A stretch of DNA of 64,000 nucleotides from NCBI GenBank assembly GCA_030390025.1, contig CM059432.1, forward strand, positions 30,506,001 through 30,570,000. The letters are read 5' to 3'. Origin of the DNA: Squalus acanthias (taxonomy: Eukaryota). The translations under genes and the position numbers were made by a program. How positions within the stretch are numbered: position 1 is the stretch's first letter; every line of letters starts with the position of its first letter. Below, in pieces: positions 37,509 through 49,685 of this stretch. Under the pieces are notes generated by a model. The model had not been told where the DNA came from and made no database searches. It saw nothing but the letters and a program-made list of their open reading frames with translations.

Positions 37509-39474
37509 ATGGCCAGCCAATGACCCAGGTCTGCTCCCAGGTTCGATGACGTTGCCCTGCAGGCTTTGGTGGATGGAGCAAGAGCCAACAAGGAGGTGCT
37601 CTTCCCCTCCTCAGGGAGTAAGAAGCCTCCCCAGCAGACCAAGCCTGTGTGGGTCCAGATCGCCCAGGAGGTCACCTCTTTATCATTCACCTGCAGAACC
37701 TGGATCCAGTGCAGGAAGAGGTTTCATGACCTTCTACGTACTGCTAAAGTGAGTATGACTTTCCCTTCACCCTCAATCTGATCCCCATTGCCTCTCCTCA
37801 CCAGCACTCAGCTTTAGCAACCTCTTGCTCCATATCCCACTTGACACTGACATCCATGCACCCTTACCCATTCCCTCACCCTCTCTGGTCACATTCGCCT
37901 TACTATTCGACTATGCAGCCCTCACACTCCCTATCGCTGTCATGCTTTGAAAATAACTTACAACACACAGGGAGGGCCCTTAGTCTCGCCACCTCAATCC
38001 ATCTTTGTCTCCTTCTAAGCATCTATGCTATGGACTCTCTACACTCACTCCTTCAATCTCACTCAAACTCCACTTGTCTCCCTCATTGCAGGAAAAGAGA
38101 GCTCACAATAAAAGGGAAAGAGCCAGGACAGGAGGAGGGCTACCCTCAATAGCCCAGCTCATCCCCTGGGAGGATGCGGTCCTGGAGATCATGGGAGTAG
38201 AGGAGGATACGCAAGTGGGGGACGGACAGACAGGTGCATCAGAGCAAGCTGGTGACTGAATAGTGTTCCATCTCTCTCATTGACATTGCATGAGTTGCTG
38301 ATAATGAATCTGAAGCTCTAACAGATGGATTTATGATCATCTGCAATAAGCAATGTGCATGTAACCTTGGCATCACATCTCTGACTCTTTCCTTTACTCC
38401 CCCACAGGACCATCGCAAGCACCCGTCCCCACTAGCCAGGAGGAAGAGCATGAGCCTCAAGACTCCTCAGAGGAAGCTGCAACCTCTGAGGGCGCAGCGT
38501 CAGCAGGAATCAGCGCACCCAGCACCAGCGCAGACACTCACACCTCGGTGGGACCCTCGGGACATAGAGTAGTGTTGTCACCTGGTGTATCACAGCTCAC
38601 AAGTGAGCATCAGCAGATGGTGGAGACAGGGACAGCAGTGGAGAGTCCTAGTTGGAGGGCGCAGGACTCTCCTAGCTCGGCTCAGCTGCATGTCGACCAT
38701 CTGCCTCTGGGTCCATCCATAAAATCAACGGTGCTGGGACTCCAGGAACAGATGCAGGAGTCTCTGACAGGTTTTGTCTCCAGGGTCGCTGCGAGTGTGG
38801 AGCGAATGGAGGAGTCCATAGCGAACATGAGCAGAGCCTTTGTGGAGTCATTGGCGCATGAACGCATCACCACGGAAAGGATGGCAACCTCCGTGGAAAC
38901 GATGGCTACAGTAGAGGAGAGGATGGCTACGGCTATGGAGGAGATAAGTCGCCAGAGTGTAGAAAACATGGTAATTGTTCAGAATAGACTGGCATCTCTT
39001 GAGGAGCGATGGTCATCTATTGAACAAAGAAACCAGACCTTCATGGAAGTCCTTCTGAGTAGGACTTCCAGTGCAGATACGGGTCCCCATGGCCCCCCTG
39101 ATGTGCAGCAAGGTGCTCTCAAGCCACTTGCAAGCGCTGAGGTGGACCTGACCCATGAGAGGGATGTTGGTGGCACACAACAAGGAGGTGGGGGCTCCTC
39201 TCCAAGCGCTCACACTTCCATGCCACTGACAAGGCCTCGGTCAGAGCCCCACCAGAGTCCGCACCCAATTGAGATCGGTGTCTCAACCCCTGCCCAGCCG
39301 CAGGAGCAGCAGACTGTTGCTGAGCCCTCGCAGGTTCGCAACCCCAGAGGACGCCCGCCAAAAGAGTCGAGACAGGAGCAGCAACAAACTGAGCAGGGAG
39401 CCTCCACTTCTGCTGAAGCCACAGGGGAAGCACCACGTAGGAGCACACGTAAGAGAAAGAAACTGCACAAATAG
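37509..39474 (+). pseudogene. Harbinger Myb/SANT DNA-binding protein, 3 exons (37509-37748, 38092-38251, 38408-39474), 488 codons, one TGA at codon 5
   Basis: APRFDDVALQALVDG...WVQIAQEV...RTWIQCRKRFHDL; GT-AG introns join in frame (240+160+1067 nt); coiled-coil-like region, PRGRPPK, basic RRSTRKRKK; AATAAA at 39542. Confidence 0.87.
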
Positions 39475-39731
39475 TCACAAGGGTAGTCACTTGGGTGAAT
39501 TTTGATGTTTAATGTGAAAAAGGCATCAGGCGTAAAGTGTAAATAAAAACTCTGATGGCTACAGCTGCAGTTGTGGCGTCTGTCATTTTGCTAATGGGAC
39601 TTCCACAATGAGGCCTTAGGATAACTTATAATTGTCAGTATGGTGGTCACATTGTTAGGGATCCGCTGGGTCTGGGCCATTGTCGTAGCTCTGGTAAGAA
39701 GCTGTGAGGCAAAAGTGCTTGCTTGTCTAGG

Positions 39732-40967
39732 CTAAGCAAATCTGGCCAAGATGAGAGCGTTCCTTGCATTCCGGGCAGCTATGGTCTCGCGTAATGCTGC
39801 CGTTGGTTGAGGGGCCTCTGCAAGTTGTTCGTTCTCTCTCTCCTCCTCCTCATCTGAGGAGGCTATGTGAGGAGCCATTTGGTCCTCCGGCATCTGCAAG
39901 CCACGACGCTGTGCCATGTTGTGAAGTGCACAGCAAACCACGACGATTCTGGAGACCCTGGCTGCTGAGTATTGCAGGGCTCCTCCTGATCAATCCAGGC
40001 ATCTGAAGCGCATCTTCAGCATACCGATGGTTTGCTCGATTATGGCTCTGGTGGAAATGTGGCCGGAGTTGTAGCTATCCTCAGCTGCGTTGGATGGGCT
40101 CCTCAACGGCGTCATTAGCCACATCTTCAGGGGATAGCCCTTGTCTCCAAGTAGCCATCCGTGAAGTTGGTCTAGCGGACTTAATAGCAGAGGCACACTA
40201 GACTGGCGCAGTATGAAGGAGTCATGGCAACTGCCAGGGTACTTGGCACAAACATGCAGAACTTCATTCTTGTGGTCACACACCAGCTGAACGTTGAGGG
40301 AGTGGAAGTCCTTGCGGTTGACAAAAATACCTGGATTGCGATGGGGTGCCTTATGGGCCACATGTGTGCAGTCAACGCCGCCCTGCACCCTTGGAAAGCC
40401 TGCCAGATTAGCTAATCCAACTGCACGCGTCGTGACACTTGCTCGATCCTTGGTGAAATGGATGTGATTGTGCGCGATGGCAAAGAGGGCATCGGTTACC
40501 TGCGTGATGCAGGTGTGTGCGGCCGCCTGAGAGATGCCGCTGATGTCTGCTGCTGATCCCTGGAATGAGCCTGAGGCAAAAAAGTTGAGTGCGGTGGTGA
40601 CTTTGACGGCCACTGGTAAGGGGCATCCACCTGGTCCTCTGGGCTCCAGGTCTTGTTGCAGCATTGCGCAGATGTCACCCACTACCTCTCGCGAAAGTCG
40701 GAGCCGCCTTTGGCACTGCTGCTCAGACATGTTGAGGTAGCTGATCCTCTGTCTGTAGACCCTGTTTCGGGTGTATCTCCTGCGCCGACGGCCTTCCAGG
40801 CGCTGGCCCCTTCTGTCCTGTGCAGCTTCAGGTGGGTGAGCAGCAGCTTGACGCTCCTGCTGTTGCTGCTGCTGTTGGTGCTGCTGTTGTTCATGGTTCT
40901 GCTGGTGCCGCGGCTGTTGTTCGTCCTCATCGGATGCCCAGGAGGGAAGGAAATAAATGGCTCCCAT
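39732..40967 (-). pseudogene. Harbinger DDE transposase (HARBI1-like), ~411 codons, single in-frame TGA at 39990-39992
   Basis: [65 protein letters not shown]...CCALHN; ORFs 39990-41003 and 39732-39941 are in the same frame. Confidence 0.92.
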
Positions 40968-41496
40968 GCCTCTGGTATATGTCTCAGTTGAGGAAGCGCT
41001 CAATGAGGGTGGCGAGAGGGGTTTCCCAGGAGGTCACACTGGAGATGGGTGTCAGGCTCCAAACTTCCAGAGCTGTGGTCATGCCTTCTAAAGTTCCCCC
41101 AGACCTGTGACAACAAAGTCCTGCCACCTGCAATTGATGGCTGATCAAATCTCCTATTTAATGGTTGAGCTGCAGCTGATAGTCAGCTATCCACTTGTGC
41201 GCCCACCAGGTTTCACTGGCGTGTTTCACATCAGGCGTGCTTCACATGGGAAAAGGGTTAAACTAGCTAAAAAGTTTCAAAATGGCATTACAGAGCCAAT
41301 TTAGAGCTTGTTAAGGGCTTTAATGGCCTCTACCGCCTCTTGGAGGCGGGACGGAGTCGGGAACCCCGCGACCGATTTTGTCAAAATTGCGTGGAGGCGG
41401 AATGGAGTCGGGATCAGGTCCGCCCGCCACTTTTCGCTATTTTAACTCCCCACACGCCTCCAAACCCGACTCCACGGGTCATTGAAAATCCAGCCC

Positions 41497-41915
41497 AAAA
41501 TGTTGCAAATGGGCATGGCAAAATCATACAGCATGAAAAATGGGAGCAGGCGTTATAGTTTGAAATTGTTGAACTCAGTGTTGAGTCCAGAAGGCTGTAA
41601 AGTGCCTAATCGAAAGATGAGGTGCTGTTCCTCGAGCGTACGTTGAGCTTCATTGGAACAATGTAAGAGGCCGAGGACAGAGAGATCAGAGTGGGAGTGA
41701 AGTGGAGAATTAAAGTGACAGGCGACCGGAAGCTCAGGGTCACCCTTATGGACTGAACGGTCACCCAATCTGCATTTGGTCTCCCCAGTGTAGAGGAGAC
41801 TGCATCGTGAGCAGCGAATACAGTATACTAAATTGCAAGAAGTACAAGTAAATCGCTGTTTCACCTGGAAGGGGTGTTTGGGGCCCTGGACAGTGGGAAG
41901 GGAGGAGGTAAAAGG
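41497..41915 (-). mobile_element. Penelope-like element, C-terminal GIY-YIG endonuclease remnant
   Basis: ORF 41553-41864: FTCTSCNLVYCIRCSRCSLLYTGETKCRLGDR...VACHFN...EEQHLIFRLGTLQPSGLN. Confidence 0.88.
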
Positions 41916-42532
41916 AGGACTGGCGGATAGCTGATGTTATACGGATATTTAAGAAGGGAGAGCAAACATGTCCAAGGAGCTATAGACCAGTCAGCTTAAC
42001 ATCTGTAGTAGGAAAAATAATGGAATCTCTACTAAAGGAGAAAATAGAAAAACATCCGGCCGGCGTTAAGGCATCGAATTTCTAGGTCTTAAAATTCAGC
42101 ATAGAAGATCGTGGGCAGGAGAGAAATGCTGTTCCAAATTTAAATGCCAAATTACCAACTCAATTGCGAAAAGCAAAACTAAAGAGTAATATTTTCAAAA
42201 TCAACACTGGGAATAATTATGCTAGCCTTGGACACATTCTGGACTTATTTCAATTTGAAATAGATCCACGGCTATTGAACGTGGTCCCAGATTTGGATGA
42301 GTGAAGTCAGTAAATCAACACTGTCAGTGAAAAGGTGGCTGAGCTCCAAGTTTAGATTTTTTGAGTATGCTTTCAGATTATTAAACCTTGAAAGGAGATG
42401 AATGAGAGGGGACCTTATCGAGATACTAAGGAGAACAGAGAAAAGTCAATCTGCAGCACTGTTTTTAGAACCACAACTGCAGGACAAAGGTGAGTTTGGG
42501 ACCGATGTCAAGAAGCACTCGGAAGACTTTAG

Positions 42533-42870
42533 TGTCAGCTTTACCTCAATGGTAGCACTCTTGCATCTGAGTTAGAAGCTTGTGAGTGCAAGTCCCACTC
42601 CAGAGATTTGAGCACAAAATCTAGGCTGACGCTTCAGTGCAATACTGAGGGAGTGCTGCACTGTCGGAGGTGCTGTCTTTCGGATCAGACGTTAAACTGA
42701 GATCCCGTCTGCCCTCTCAGGTGTATGTAAAAGGTTCCACTATTCGAAGAAGAGCAGGGGAGTTCTCCCTGGAGTCCTGGCCAATAGTTACCCCTCAACC
42801 ATCCCCATTAATACAGGTGAATTGGTCAGTTATTTCATTGCTGTTTGTGGGAGTTTGCTGTGCGCAGACC
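42533..42870 (+). mobile_element. Deu-domain SINE
   Basis: tRNA head and Deu core as at 61680-62120. Confidence 0.8.
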
Positions 42871-43140
42871 CTCCGAGAACTCTGCGCTCTTCATTTTTAA
42901 GGATCACTAAAGTCAGTTGTTGTTGCTGATTTATAAACTAATTTGTTTCAGTGTCAGCTTGACTCACTGGGAACATTCTTCCTTCTGAATCCAGAGGTTG
43001 TGAGTTCAAGCCGTAGTCTAAGACTTGAGCACATAATCTATGCTTACAATTCTGTGAAGGAGTGCTGTATTGTTGGAGGTTCTGAGAATCAGAAAACATC
43101 GGTGTTTATATACTGTGAAATATTGTAGATTCCCTCATTG

Positions 43141-43233
43141 TAACTCTACCTGACGAAGGGGCAACAGCTCCGAAAGCTCGTAATTTTAAATAAATCTGTT
43201 GGACTATAACCTGGTGTTGTGCGACTTCTCATT
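43141..43233 (+). mobile_element. Short PLE-type element with minimal hammerhead motif (43147-43182), inside a degenerate SINE (~42950-43380)
   Basis: UAC-CUGACGA-A-GGGGC aaca GCUCC-GAAA-GCUC-GUA, then AATAAA and CTGTTGGACTATAACCTGGTGTTGTGCGACTTCTCAT. Confidence 0.8.
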
Positions 43234-43939
43234 TATGGGGGATCATGCTGTGAGCAGATTGGCTGTTGCTTTTGCATACAATGCAACAGTGACTGTGGTT
43301 TACGAGTAATTCAATAGCTTTGAAGTGCTTTGGAACATCCTGAGGATGTGAAAGATACATAAATGCAAGTTCTTTCTTCTTTCTGCATTTGGTGTCAAAA
43401 AGTAAGAGGAAATCAGGGGAAAATGGAACCCCCTAGAAAACAGGTCTACTTGAAGAAATCAGTAAAAGTCCATTATTATTTGCAACATCAGTTGAGGTAA
43501 AGAAAACACACAATATACAAAAAAAGGCACAGTTAAGCTAAATGACAACCCACAATCATTTACACAGTCCAGCACCGGGAACAGGCAACCCTCTCAATGA
43601 GCACATAGCATGGACACAATCACCGAGTGTGAGGTAAAGAACAGTCATGATGAGGGTGTACAAATTCAGGGGAAGAAAAGGAATAGATCTTCAGTTCTGT
43701 CATTTTTTTTAACCTTTACGGTAGACAGTATTGTATCAAGAACAAAAGCTGTTTACAGGGCAGCGATTTTATAAAACTTTCAAGTTTTTACTCACTGTTA
43801 CAATATTCTTTAAAGTGAAGCACATTTCCTTTCATCATGAGGCCTCACTTTTGACTGCTGTACAGGAGTTGCTATGTGGAATTGTGAAAAGTAACCATTG
43901 CTAAAAGGGACAATGAAGAATTAAGAACCAGTGACAATC

Positions 43940-44330
43940 TCGCCTGAGTCAGCTGGCTGTGGGTTCAAGTCCCACTCCAGAGACTTGAACACACAATCTA
44001 GGCTGACCCTCCAGTGCAGTACTGTTTGAGTGCTGCACTTTCGGAGGTGCTGTTAAATCAAGGGCCCGCCTGGCCTCTCAGGTGCACGTAAAAGATCCCA
44101 TGGCACTATTCGAGGAAGAGCCAATATGCATTCCTCAACCAACGTCACTAAAACAGATGATCTGATCATAATCACATTGCTGTTTGTGGGACCCTGCTGT
44201 GCACAAACTGGCTGCCACATTTCCTACATTATAACAGTGACTGCACTTCAAAAGTACTTAATTGGGTGTAAAGCGTTTTGGGATGTCCTGAGGTCATAAA
44301 GGCGCTATATAATGGCAAGTATTTCTTTTT
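43940..44330 (+). mobile_element. Deu-domain SINE
   Basis: GTGGGTTCAAGTCCCACTCCAGAGACTTG...GTAAAAGATCCCATGGCACTATTCG...GGCGCTATATAA. Confidence 0.8.
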
Positions 44331-44458
44331 GAATAAGTATGAGCTAATCTAAGAGAGTCAGGATGGATTTACGAAGGATATATCATTACCTGACTAATCT
44401 AGTTGATTTTTTTGAGGAGGTCACTAACATGGTGGATATGGAAATGTCTAAGGATATT

Positions 44459-45215
44459 GGCCCAGATATTCTGATCGCAGGCCTCCCGCGGGCGGAGGGC
44501 TGCGATCTGCAAAAATTTGCGCCAAGACCGGAGGGCTCCCGGGAGGCGCAGAGTTCCGCTGCTGGGCCTCTTCAAACTGCCGGTGCGCAGGGCACGCGCA
44601 TCCCAAAGGCGCAGGCGGTTCGCAGTGTCCCTGGGATCACGTGGGCCATGGGGAGCCAATCAGAGAAGGGAATCTCCCTTCATACATTTGACAGGAAGAC
44701 CTGTCAAATATATGAATGGAGATCACCCCCAAAAACATAGTAAAACTTTAAATAAATTAAAAAAAAATCACATTTTTAAAATGACTTTAACTTACAATAA
44801 ATTAAGTATTTTAAATAAAAAATTTATTTTTTGAAAAAAATAATTAAAGTTTTTAACGGGGCTAAAAATAAACTTACCTTTCTTTAAAGTATTTTTAAAT
44901 GATAAATCATTGGAAATTTTTTTTTTTTACTTTTTTCAACTCTTATCCTGGTAAAAGCAGGCCTTACGCCTGCTTTTACCAGGCGCAAGAATTGTAAGTG
45001 TTTTCTGCGGGCGGAGGGTCTCCAAAAAACGGAACTCTCCACCCGCAGAGGCCCTGCTCCAGCGCAGCCGGAGGATCTGTCACGAGCTTTCTTGACAGAT
45101 CGGAAATGCCGGTTTCCAGCACATGCTCAGTGCATGCCTAAAACCGGCATTTCCGATGTCCCTACGGGTGAGTACACAGCGCGTACACACCCGTAGGGAT
45201 CGTAATTTCTGCACC
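44459..45215. mobile_element. MITE family A, copy 2 (ATT TSD), inserted in a CR1 RT fragment
   Basis: TIRs GGCCCAGATATT / AATTTCTGCACC; ATT flanks; removing it restores CR1 FFEEVT...D-I-IYMDFQKAF. Confidence 0.88.
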
Positions 45216-46849
45216 ATTATCTATATGGACTTCCAGAAGGCATTTGCTAAAGTACTTAATTGGCTGTAAAGCACTTTGGGATGTCCTAAGGTTGTGAACG
45301 GCGCTATAATATAAAAGCAGAAAATGCTGAAGCCATTCAGCAGGTCAGGCAGCATCTGTGTAGAAAGGAAGGTAGGGTTAACATTTCAGAGCGATGACCT
45401 TTCAACAGAACCAGAAAATATTGAGGCTGAAATTGGTATACGCCAGGAGTGTGAAACAGGCTCATAGCGAGTCAGCAGCCTGTTTTCCTCTGTGCGCAAT
45501 TTTCTTTTCCACTGAACTTTTGCGCTACTTGCGTAGACTAATTTCATCCCCACTAAGTCTTCATTTGAGCAGGAGCTGAATGTAGAGCTCTCATCAAACG
45601 CGTTACAGCTATACTATTGTGATTTGGGGAATTTTAATATACTGCAGGCCTTTAAGATTCTTTATGACTGTATTGTAATATCAGACATCAAAGACCCTGT
45701 TGCCAGCAATAGTATCAGTTTACACTTTGTGAGAAAACTGGATTTTATATTGAAGTGCTCAAAAAATGTAATATGAATAGCCTGGCAAGGCTGAAAGTTC
45801 TCCCTTGATAAGAGAACACATTGACATTACTTTCATAATTGAAATCTAGCCCCTTATGAAGATATAGAGAAACAAGTAATGAGCTTTGAATTCATAATCT
45901 GACAGGAGTCAAATTTGTTTTAAGATTTCATCAGCTTGGAATTATTGGCAATAACTAGACATGACGAAATGAGGCCCCATATGCCTATTTAGGGATGTAA
46001 AACATCGCACGGCACTTTTCGAAGAGCAGGGAATTCTCCATGTGTCCGAACCAATATTCATCCATCAACCAATACCCCTAAAACAGATTAACTAGTCATT
46101 TCATCTCATCACTGTTTCTTGAACCTTGCTGTGTGCAAATTGGCTGAGCCGACTGCCGACAAAACAACAACGACTGCATTTCAAAATAGTTCATTGGCTG
46201 TAAAGTGCTTGGAGATGTGCAGCCCCTCAGAGAAGTCATCGTAGGACCGATGTGGCTTTTACACGTGCTGTACCTAGTGGGCGGCTGTCCTTTTCAATGC
46301 TGCCTGATTCTCCTGGCATCGACTGTGGTGCTGCAACTCCTCCTCCATTCTGATGGCATAGACTGCCGATGGGGAAAGCCATTCCTTGTCCGAAGTCGAT
46401 CCGAGTGTAGGTTTTATAGGGTGAGGGAAGTCGGGGGTCCCAAGTTTTTTTTCTGGGAAGAGAGGAAAGCACTATGGTAAAATGAAGTGCAGATGTCAGT
46501 GTTTAAAAATGTGAAGGAAGGGGATTCAAATAAAAGTTCCTCAGAAGCCTGTAATCAGTAAGTAAAGTTGGTGTCCTCTTCAACTACCAGTCCTACACTT
46601 ACACTTGTCTATAATGCTGGACCTGTTTTTTGGGGTCTAATGTAACCCCTTATTGGCCCTAGGTTATTCTCAGTTTTTTGCCTCTCCCATGAGATTACAT
46701 TGTTGCGGGGGGAAGGTAGGAATTGTCTAGTCATGATGCTTCAACCATCATGGGTGTGGGGCAGACGTGATGGAGCAGCTAATACTTCCCTGCCCGTCAT
46801 TTTTGTATATTCAATTGCAGGAGTGGCGTTAACTTAGGAAATCTCTGTA

Positions 46850-47420
46850 TGTTCATAGAATCAGAGAAACTACAGTACAGAAGGAGGCCATTCGGCCCAT
46901 CGTGCCTGTGCTGGCTCTTTGAAAGAGCAGTCGTGCTTAGTCCCACATCCCTGCTTTTTGTCCGTAACCCTGTAAGTTCCTCATCCTCAAATCCCTGTCC
47001 AAGTCACTGTTAAAATTATTTATGGAATCTGCTTCCACCACCTTTTCAGGTAGTGCATTCCAGATTCCGACAACTCTGAGTGAAAAAATGTCTCCTCATC
47101 TCCACTCTAGATCTTTTGCCAATGATGTTGAATCTATGACTGTTGGTTATTGACTCACTCGCCAGGGGCAATATTTTTTCTCTATCTACTCTATCAAAAC
47201 CCCTCAATATCTTGAAAACCTCTATTAGGCCATCTCTTAACCTTCTCTGTTCCAAGGAGAACAGTCCTAACTTTTCCAGCCTCTCCTCATAACTGAAGTC
47301 CCTCATCCCTGGTAACATCCTGGTAAACCTCCGCTGTACCCTTTCTAAGGCCTTTACATCTTTCCTGAAGTGTGGTACCCAGAATTGCCCACAATACCCC
47401 AGCGGAGGCCTACCCAGTGA
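46850..47420 (-). mobile_element. CR1 LINE 3' fragment
   Basis: ORF 47046-47318 (YEERLEKLGLFSLEQRRLR) plus 3' tail. Confidence 0.88.
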
Positions 47421-48149
47421 TGTTATGTCTGATAAATACTCAAGTTGTTATAGTAATGTAATGACTGCTTTTATTCCAGAGTCTGGAACATTCTCGTTGG
47501 CTATAACACTCAGCAGAAGAGGAGACCCTGTAATGTAATTGCCACAGTGTGCTTACTCCCATCAGGGAGCCCTCTAGTGTTCAATTAACATCATGAAAGT
47601 GCAATATATATCACTGTGTGCTTGAATATTGTAGCTTTGGGGCTTTGATGGGTATTATATTTGCACTGCTAAAAAGATCAAGGAAATGTGCATTTAGTAC
47701 AATAGTGGCACAAAAGCAGCGTAACGGGCTAAATCACAAATTCCTCGATCTTTTTAGCAATATAACTGTGTAACTATAACTATGGCGTGACTGCCAAAGA
47801 TCACTAGGAATTTCAGCCCCATTATAAATGCAAATTCTTTCTTTTACACCATATTTAGATTAGCCAGTAGGTGGCCACCTGGAAGGGTAGGAAGAGCAGG
47901 CAGTGCAGGATTCCTCTGGGAGTGTGGCACTCTCAAAAATACCGGTGAGGGTGACGACATCTCAAAGGAGTGCAGTTCCAGGCCTAGCACCGTGAGGCAA
48001 AGGACTGCACAGGGGGCTACAGAAAAGTGTAGGAATGAATCATAGAATAGAATCATAGAATGGTTACATCACAGAAAGAGGCCATTTGGCCCATCGAGCC
48101 CGTGCCAGCTCTCTGCAAGAGCACTTCAGCTAGTCCCACATCCCCAATT

Positions 48150-49685
48150 GCGGTAGTAATTGGGGATTCAATAGTCAGGGGGACAGACAGGCAGTTCTGC
48201 TACCGTTGACGTGAGACCCGTATGGTATGTTGCCTCCTTGGTGCCACGATTAGGGAAATCACTGAGAGGGTGCAGAACATTCTGTGGGGGGAAGGGGAAG
48301 AGCCAGAAGTCGTGGTCCATGTCAGAACCAATGACATAAGGAGGAAGAGGGTTAAGGTTCTGCAGTCAGAGTTTAAGGAGCTAGGGAGGAAGTTAAAAAA
48401 CAAGACCTCAAAGGTAGTAATCTTTGGATTACTCCCAGTGCCACGTGCTAGTAGAGTAGAAATAGGAAGATATGGCAGGTTAATGCGTGGTTAGAGGCAT
48501 GTTGCAGGAGGGAGGGCTTCAGATTCCTGGGACACTGGGACAAGTTCTGTTGCAGTAGGGACCTGTTCAAGATGGACGGGTTGCACCTGAACAGAGCTGG
48601 AACCAATATCCTTGCGGGCAAGTTAACTAGTGCTGTGAGGGTGGGCTTAAACTAATTCAGTGAGGTATACAGTGGCGTTTCCCAAGGTTCAATACTAGGA
48701 CCACTGCTGTTTTTGATATACATTAATGACTTGGACTTGGGGGTATAGAGCACAATTTCAAAATTTGCAGATGACACGAAACTTGGAAGTGTAGTAAACA
48801 GTAAGGAAGATTGTAATAGACTTCAAGAAGACATAGACAGGCTGGTGGAATCGGCAGACTCATGGCAGATGAAATTCAATGCAGAAAATTGTGAGGTGAT
48901 ACATTTTGGTAGAAAAAATGAGGAGAGACCATACATACTAAATGGTGCAATTTTAAAGGGGGTGCAAGAACAGAGAGACCTGGGGTTGCTTGTGCACAAA
49001 TCTTTGAAGGTGGCAGGACAGGTTAGCAGCAGTTAATAAAGCATACGGGATCCTGGACTTTATAAATAGAGGCATAGAATACAAAAGCCAGGAAGTTATG
49101 CTGAACCTATATAAAACACTAGTTCGCCCCCAGCTGGAGTATTGTGTCCAATTCTGGGCACCACACTTCGGAAGGACGTGAAGGCCTTGGAGAGGGTACA
49201 GAAGAGATTTACTAGAATGGTTCCAGGGATGAGGGATTACAGTTGTGTGAATATATTAGAAAAGCTGGGGTTGTTCTCCTTGGAGCAGGGAAGGCTAAGA
49301 GGCGATTTGATAGAGGAGTTTAAAATCATGAAGGGTTTAGATAGAGTAAATAAAGAGAAACTGTTTCCAATGATGAAGAGACGATAATGAGAGGGCACAC
49401 ATTTGAGGTGATTGACAAAAGAACCAGAGGCGACATGAGGAAAAATGTTTTTATGCAATGAGTGGTTAGGATTTGGAATGCACTCTATGATAGGGTGGTG
49501 GATACAGATTCAATAGCAGCCTTCAAAAGAGAATTGGGTAAATACTTGAAGGAGAAAAAATTGCAGGGATATGGGGAAAGAACGAGGGAGTGGGACTGAC
49601 TGGATTGCTCATTGAAAGAGCTGGCGCAGACTCGATGGGCCGAATGGCCTCCTTCTGTGCTGTACCTATGATTCTATGATTCTAT
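48150..49685 (+). mobile_element. CR1 LINE: ORF1 esterase region joined directly to ORF2 RT C-terminal half and 3' tail
   Basis: VVIGDSIVRG...VVVHVRTND...DGLHLN (SGNH blocks) up to ~48653; from ~48670 [22 protein letters not shown]...KFADDTKL; tail of CTATGATT repeats. Confidence 0.85.

Larger units (their letters stand above)
37228..41496. mobile_element. Near-complete autonomous-type PIF/Harbinger DNA transposon (4269 bp)
   Basis: Perfect 12-bp TIRs GGGCTGGATTTT (37228-37239) / AAAATCCAGCCC (41485-41496); AAA TSD; convergent Myb/SANT and DDE transposase genes. Confidence 0.93.

Noticed and set aside
39732..41003. Domesticated host HARBI1 gene
   Set aside because: Flanked by TIRs and TSD, paired with a Myb gene, nested in a PLE and carries a nonsense codon, so it is a transposon copy
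46230..46850. Possible LTR or unknown insertion
   Set aside because: No termini, TSD or coding motif could be defined
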